A DNA stretch of 64,000 nt from Auanema rhodensis (Eukaryota; Animalia; Nematoda): the NCBI GenBank assembly GCA_964057225.1, contig OZ059895.1, positions 12,710,001 through 12,774,000 of the forward strand, written 5' to 3'. The stretch's first letter is position 1. Every line of letters begins with the position of its first letter. The notes beneath the pieces are model-generated. The model was not told the DNA's origin and did no database searches. It was given only the letters and a program-made list of their open reading frames with translations. Below are positions 59,601 through 64,000 of this stretch, one piece after another. A program made the position numbers and the translations under genes.

Positions 59601-62600
59601 AAAGTGGGGTAATTTATTCTCCCAATCTGCTTCTGGTGGAATATATGGTTGCATAGGGTCTTCTTGTATTGTTTGCCAGCTTGGTACTTCTCCTATTGTT
59701 GCCTGCCCTATGACTGAATTAGCTTCCATAGCTAATGTTTTGTCCGTATTGTTACGGAAAACTACATATACTCCACTTGTCTCACGGAAAGCTGTTGGAT
59801 AACTTGAAGCTAATGCATTTCCGTTGTCCCCTAAGATTACCACTTCGTTTGATTTGAGTGGTCTATCAGCTTTGATTGGAATAGTGGACTCTTCATCGGG
59901 TTGTATGATTCTTTTCTTCAAATTGATGATATTTACTGTTATTGCCGTTTGTTTAATGGCGTCCTGTTCAATTAAAGGGAGTGCGTAATTTCCGATCTCT
60001 AGCATCTTTTTCGATGGTTTTAAACTGACATCAATGTTTTCACTGTCGAGCGTGCTCATAAAGTCCATCCCAATAAGAGCAGGGGCTGGGCAATCACAGT
60101 CGTTTGAGACCAAAAAGGTATGTTCTATCTCGTAGCCAGCAATTTCGATGTTTAAATTTATTTTTCCGTATAATGTAAACGTTGTTTTGTTTGCTGCCAT
60201 TGCCACTAATCGTCGCTTTTTGACGTGTTGAGCCATGTTCAGGTATTTTAATGTCGATAGCCTGACATATGAGACTGACGAGCCTGAATCCCATAAAGCT
60301 AATATCAGCTTATCTTCCACTGATATATAGATAAGTGGTAGCTTTGTTTCTTTTGATTTAATAGAAGCAATAAATGGTATTGCTAGTGGAATGAATGTTA
60401 CGAGCGCCGGGTAATACTGCTTCATTATATTTTCTGGCATTGGTTGGTCTGGGCGGCTAACGAGTTCTAATGTTTCCTCGTAGCCTGGGGGCTCGTTGTC
60501 TGCTCTTTGAATATGCATGACTGGTAGTGGCATTGCTTTGAAAAAGTAAAATTTTCCGGCAAAGATGGTAATTATGATTGCTGCAATGATTAGAACAGTA
60601 GATCCTATTAATATTAAGGTTCTTTCAATTGTCCCTATTAAGAATTGTTTTATGCTATTCCAGGCTGTAGTTGTGAACTCGGTTGCTTTCGAAATATAAT
60701 CGCTGCCCTTTTTCAAAAGAATAAAGGCTGACGTTATCTTTGGGTCGTTGTGAATCGTATTTAGTACGTGATTTTGTCGTATTGAAGCTAAACTAGCTCC
60801 ATACGCTATTGCGGTAGTCATTGAATAGACTCTTGATGAAAGATTAGTATAAAGATGAGCACCTGTAAATTTTAAAGGCGTAACTTTATGTTGGTGAGCT
60901 CCATCAAAAAGTGTGATGGGATTGACTTCCGCAGACCCATTAATGTTCATCCATTCCCCGTTTTTCTCATAAATATCAGTTGGTACGTGTTCGCAGTCGA
61001 TTTCTTTCCCGTACGAGAGTAAATCTCTTGATCCCGGTGCTGCGAAATATAATTTGTTGTCTTCGGTTGTTACTGGTGTCTCTAAGTAACATGTTTCATT
61101 GATTTTATGAGAGTGGTGAACGGTTTTAGGCTCTATTGGTAGGCATATATGAACATGAACTATTTCGCTGCCCACGAAACGCGCTGCTATGTCTTCTCTG
61201 CCAAGGATTGTTCTCATTGCTATGGTTGGCTCTATTTGGAGAATTGAACGCCACAATTCGAGATATCTATTTTGTATCTCGCATATGGATTCGTAAGATT
61301 CCATAAAATGCTTTTGCAATTCTTCCTGTATAAGAGTGGTTGCATATTGTAGATGATCTTGCGCTATTCTCTGAGATATATTCTGTTTATATTGTATCTC
61401 GTTGTTTACTTTGGAGCCTATATAATGTGCTTGCGCTTGTACTGCTTTCGTTTCAATCTCCAAAGGTGGTGATGACGTTCTCTGCTTTCTTTGCGATCTT
61501 AAAGACATATCTGTGACCGTTGCAAACGTAGTAATAGGCTGTTCTTTGTGAACACCATATATTAATGTAACCGTTGTTGGCGCGCGCGTGGATGTTATGG
61601 TTTGAGTTGTATCGATTTCTGGCGTTGTTTGAGGGTCCTGGATTAGCTTTGTTACTTCCGTTGTTGTCGTTATATATTCCGTTTTGTCTGTCAGGCGTCT
61701 GGTTGAGTAGGGAGGTGTTCTTTTATCCTCTAGTAGCGGTAGAAAGGTTTGAATGAGGAGATTTCGTGTATATTTGTTAGGACTTTTTGTTTGTTGATGG
61801 GGCCCAACAGGTATACCAAAATTATTCTCCATATCTCGATATAATTTCTCTATATCTGGCAGGATAATAGTTGGTACAGGCAGATGTCGAAATCTTTCAT
61901 CGTCTGCTCTTGCCGCTGTTCGATTGGGTTTTATTGTACGTAGTTTGAGGACTTGGTGATATAGGTCAATTGTTTCTTTAATAATCAGTTGTTCCTTTTC
62001 GTTATTAGTTGATAATACGGGCCTGATTGGCGGCATGTTTACAAATGCTTTCAAAACTTCTTGTTTTGATGGCACCGACATGTTATTTTGAGCGAAAATG
62101 GTCGGTGTAAATGCCAACTCGAGCGCTATACTTTCGGTTCGCTCTCGATAACTTCCTTCTCTTGTGAGTATTTTTTCGTCAAATTCTTCTGCTGTTAATC
62201 TGTCGCCTATCTGCTCTAACAGTTGCAGGGAAGTGAGGTATTTAACGGCTCCTCTTGTGGTAGCTGCCAGTTCTTTTTGGGCGAAGAATTGAAGCATTGC
62301 TTCTTCTGGGTCGTAGAATTCATATATTTTCAAGAATCTTTCTATTGATCTATCCGAAGTAGTGCTTCGTAGAAAGAATTTGAACTGCTCGGGATGTGCT
62401 GAGATCCACTTAACGATAGAATATGTTGGATCTATTGTCCGTCTGGCTCGAATTATAGGAATTATTTGTGATATCCCAGGGTTACTCATTACTGGACGTA
62501 AAAATGGGTATGGGCATATGTTCAATGTTAAAGTTTCGTAGTCTTCTTGTTCTTTTATCCAGCTTTCGTCCAATTGCAGTGCGCATTGCGCTATAGCCCT

Positions 62601-63998
62601 TTTTTGACGCTTAGCTGGCAACTTTTTATATTCTCTTTCAATTAAGTTGTGTATATTACTGTCATTTGGATATTTGGGAAAGAGTATATAATTGCCCGTG
62701 GTTGATTGAAATATAGGTTGCGAAAAACATGATGTAATCTGTTTTGGAATTTGTTTATTGTCGATAACAAGGGCTGACTGCGTATTGGGAATTAGTATTA
62801 TGCTGTCTCCAATGATGGCATCGTATTCACTCATGTCTATGTAGTTGCATCTCTGTTCGTATGATTGGATTTCCCAGATGATCATTGAAGTATTGGATGC
62901 GCATTGGCCATGATGTGCAAGACAGCCTTCCGTATTGAGTAATAGATTTGTCAATATGGTGTCGTCTGGCATCCTGGTCATAACGCCTCTTTCCAAAACC
63001 AGTCGTTCTTTTTCTTCGCATTGTTCGTAATTGAATGAGCGCGCTGGAGAGAATGTAGGTTCGGTTGTCGCGTATGTCAAGCTATCCAATTTAATCAGGT
63101 CTTCTGATTTCCATTTACGGTCGCGGACAGCCAGTCTACATTCGTTTTCTGTTGTTGGCTCAATTCGAACAATGGAGGAGTTATGATCTCTTAAAAATAG
63201 CAAATCCCTGATGCATATTTTATGTATTTCTTTTGAACATCGCCATGAATCCCATTCGTGAGCCGTCTGGTTTCTTGTATACAGATGTATGTTTGTGCGG
63301 AGGACATGTTTGGTAGGTGGTATTGTGCATTTCCTCGGGGGTGGGGGTATAAGGAGGGCTCCACCTGTAGCTTTAGTGCACATCTGATAAGCATCAGTTA
63401 TAGTGATTAGTGATAAGATCACTGATAAAGCTACTGCTAGTGTTAAGGGGGATATCAAGGTCAAATTATTGACTCTTGAGCCTCTTCCTCTACCTCTATT
63501 ATTGTTGTTTCCCCTGAAGGGATTATTACCGCGTTGACGGTTATCACTCTCCTGATTACGTGATAAGTTGTTATTTCTTTGATACCAATTTGGATTTGAG
63601 AAATTTCTACCGCGATTACCAAGATTGCGGTTTCTTGCGAAAGAATTTTGCAAATTTTGTGGTTTCTGATTATTTGATGAATTTTGATAACTTTGATAAT
63701 TTTGATAATTTTGGTAGTTTCTATTGTTAAATGATTGATAGCCTCTACCGATTCCTCGCCTTCCGGTGTCGCGCCTGGGAGGGAATGTTCTATCGATTGC
63801 GTTAACCAGTAGCGCCTGAGGGTCGGATACTTGGTTAGCAATTGATTCTTCCCATCTGGCATTATCAATTGCCTCGGCAAACGTTTTTGGTTTAGCTCTG
63901 ATTACCCCCGGGCGTATTGTGTTTTTGAGACCGCGTAGAAAGGTGGATCTAAGAATGTGGTCCTTGTGTGGGTCTGTATGTGAGAAAGCGTTTAAGCT
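56640..63998 (-). CDS. Gag-Env-Pol polyprotein of element B, 5'-partial (the frame stays open past the called TTG start at 63653 to the window edge)
   Basis: Manual translation of 63998-63654 gives SLNAFSHTDPHKDHILRSTFLRGLKNTIRPGVIRAKPKTFAEAIDNARWEE...LVNAIDR...NYQNYQNYQSYQN, in frame. Signal 63464-63390, furin RQKR 62609-62598, TM 60620-60555, PR ALWDSGSS (60290), RT YLDD (58970-58959), RNase H, HHCC/DDE integrase, GPY. Confidence 0.95.
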   Translation of the reverse strand, partial: SLNAFSHTDPHKDHILRSTFLRGLKNTIRPGVIRAKPKTFAEAIDNARWEESIANQVSDPQALLVNAIDRTFPPRRDTGRRGIGRGYQSFNNRNYQNYQNYQSYQNSSNNQKPQNLQNSFARNRNLGNRGRNFSNPNWYQRNNNLSRNQESDNRQRGNNPFRGNNNNRGRGRGSRVNNLTLISPLTLAVALSVILSLITITDAYQMCTKATGGALLIPPPPRKCTIPPTKHVLRTNIHLYTRNQTAHEWDSWRCSKEIHKICIRDLLFLRDHNSSIVRIEPTTENECRLAVRDRKWKSEDLIKLDSLTYATTEPTFSPARSFNYEQCEEKERLVLERGVMTRMPDDTILTNLLLNTEGCLAHHGQCASNTSMIIWEIQSYEQRCNYIDMSEYDAIIGDSIILIPNTQSALVIDNKQIPKQITSCFSQPIFQSTTGNYILFPKYPNDSNIHNLIEREYKKLPAKRQKRAIAQCALQLDESWIKEQEDYETLTLNICPYPFLRPVMSNPGISQIIPIIRARRTIDPTYSIVKWISAHPEQFKFFLRSTTSDRSIERFLKIYEFYDPEEAMLQFFAQKELAATTRGAVKYLTSLQLLEQIGDRLTAEEFDEKILTREGSYRERTESIALELAFTPTIFAQNNMSVPSKQEVLKAFVNMPPIRPVLSTNNEKEQLIIKETIDLYHQVLKLRTIKPNRTAARADDERFRHLPVPTIILPDIEKLYRDMENNFGIPVGPHQQTKSPNKYTRNLLIQTFLPLLEDKRTPPYSTRRLTDKTEYITTTTEVTKLIQDPQTTPEIDTTQTITSTRAPTTVTLIYGVHKEQPITTFATVTDMSLRSQRKQRTSSPPLEIETKAVQAQAHYIGSKVNNEIQYKQNISQRIAQDHLQYATTLIQEELQKHFMESYESICEIQNRYLELWRSILQIEPTIAMRTILGREDIAARFVGSEIVHVHICLPIEPKTVHHSHKINETCYLETPVTTEDNKLYFAAPGSRDLLSYGKEIDCEHVPTDIYEKNGEWMNINGSAEVNPITLFDGAHQHKVTPLKFTGAHLYTNLSSRVYSMTTAIAYGASLASIRQNHVLNTIHNDPKITSAFILLKKGSDYISKATEFTTTAWNSIKQFLIGTIERTLILIGSTVLIIAAIIITIFAGKFYFFKAMPLPVMHIQRADNEPPGYEETLELVSRPDQPMPENIMKQYYPALVTFIPLAIPFIASIKSKETKLPLIYISVEDKLILALWDSGSSVSYVRLSTLKYLNMAQHVKKRRLVAMAANKTTFTLYGKINLNIEIAGYEIEHTFLVSNDCDCPAPALIGMDFMSTLDSENIDVSLKPSKKMLEIGNYALPLIEQDAIKQTAITVNIINLKKRIIQPDEESTIPIKADRPLKSNEVVILGDNGNALASSYPTAFRETSGVYVVFRNNTDKTLAMEANSVIGQATIGEVPSWQTIQEDPMQPYIPPEADWENKLPHFPRNFMNDLNLDKADLNNEDKHELTNIVKNHREAFLNEDRKIGLFKGPIEHTIPLRSDMDMPRSRITRIPLGKQEEVEKQVKEMLEQGIIEPSTSLFNSPAVLVKKKDETYRFVTDFRALNSVTRKQTYVIPSISDIVDMAAGAQFFSNFDLVSGFFQISLRKSDRPLTAFTTTSGTYQYKRMPMGLCGAPHTFQTAVRYLQSKCSCKLFVYLDDLLIISDTRKQHLEDIDELLHAVESLGMKIKLKKCAFAQPEVKFLGLIIGREGIKPDPQKVAAIQEYPAPKNATGVRAFLGMVGFFRKFIKDFASIASPLYDLTKTDTEFAWEKQHQEAVDRLKRSLTQAPVLSPPKSDRLFIIESDGSNIAVGAVLLQPEDPTQPLKHLHPIAFASRKLVKAERNYAPIEIEALGLVYALNQFRTYILGTHTICITDHRPLTSLLTRRDLFGRLAKFQLVIQEYDIEIRYREGQLNKVCDALSRYIGDEANDAKPEKKKKKNAESIRINTIDTPAIKEIQQNTLWIKKTIADIEYRTQKKMVSNDRYCVINGLLYTKPTDKKPHPAIVVPQDHPIKDEIIELFHEDPTIAAHQGINKTKEAILRRFYWTNMQNDIMIYIKNCIKCAQRKKDPHSMTVQPIGQFEIPTKPFERVHMDVMGPFPPSKRNCTYVITIQDAFTKWSTTIAVPQITTEITIDRFLRNFVYIYGPPHRLITDRGSNFVSQKFEEMCTKLGIQHEPTLPHQKNSNGQVERLHRTLEEGLTHYLKEDLSDWDSVLPKITFAINNIQHATTGIAPYVALFGKECRMKIDAELPGTITKIKEISEELLTRRPQMMKIDQIIRERIAQNQENARKKKDRTQRTHERNIQPGDMVMTTIKSHKIGQKLRKSYDGPYEVINVQGSKVQIRNSSGKIQDIHKDNLKLFSNATQNITHNTRSNTRNNHEEEEEDSDIEILRVIKRNEQDNTDSEPESENEDGDELWLPRMKNQKEKA
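60555..63464 (-). other. Envelope glycoprotein domain of element B, gB-like class III fusogen
   Basis: YQMCTKATGGALLIPPPPRKC; HLQYATT..ICEIQN..LWRSILQIEP..IAARFVG..HIC; cysteines co-linear with element A; signal peptide and TM. Confidence 0.85.
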
Positions 63999-64000
63999 TA

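Larger units (their letters stand above)
55587..64000 (-). mobile_element. Element B: second, diverged Ty3/gypsy-type LTR retroelement with an internal envelope gene; 5' part lies beyond the window
   Basis: Sharp junction with the 5S spacer (CATCTTAA|CGTTCCC) and the same domain order as element A. Confidence 0.95.

Noticed and set aside
59185-59802. 205-aa antisense ORF over RT, and its counterpart at 3506-3808
   Set aside because: Antisense shadows of conserved pol codons with no independent coding signal; the lengths differ between elements.
63461-63880. 139-aa ORF suggesting a separate gag with a frameshift
   Set aside because: The true Gag is in the polyprotein frame, which stays open to the window edge and aligns with element A.
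1-64000. A and B as two ends of one element or one composite transposon carrying the 5S array
   Set aside because: Their LTR interiors are dissimilar, each has its own diverged pol, and they join the spacer at different positions.

Overview
Eukaryotic, nematode-like, AT-rich DNA. The centre (11118-55586) is a very homogeneous tandem 5S rDNA array on the + strand. I count 88 units: 73 full units of about 529 bp and 15 deleted units of about 398-400 bp. Each end of the array abuts a different Ty3/gypsy-type LTR retroelement on the - strand, and both run off the window. Both elements encode one uninterrupted polyprotein in the unusual order Gag - internal signal peptide - herpesvirus-gB-like (class III) envelope glycoprotein - TM anchor - cytoplasmic tail with ESCRT late-domain-like motifs - protease - RT - RNase H - integrase. 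So env lies between gag and pol instead of after integrase. The envelope also carries a conserved ~290-aa inserted domain I do not recognise, plus a Thr-rich mucin stretch. The best candidate for an undescribed system is this putative gag-env-pol endogenous virus lineage, which may target 5S rDNA spacers, is primed by tRNA-Gln (PBS seen in element A only) and has non-canonical U5 ends. All homology calls were made by eye; no searches were run.
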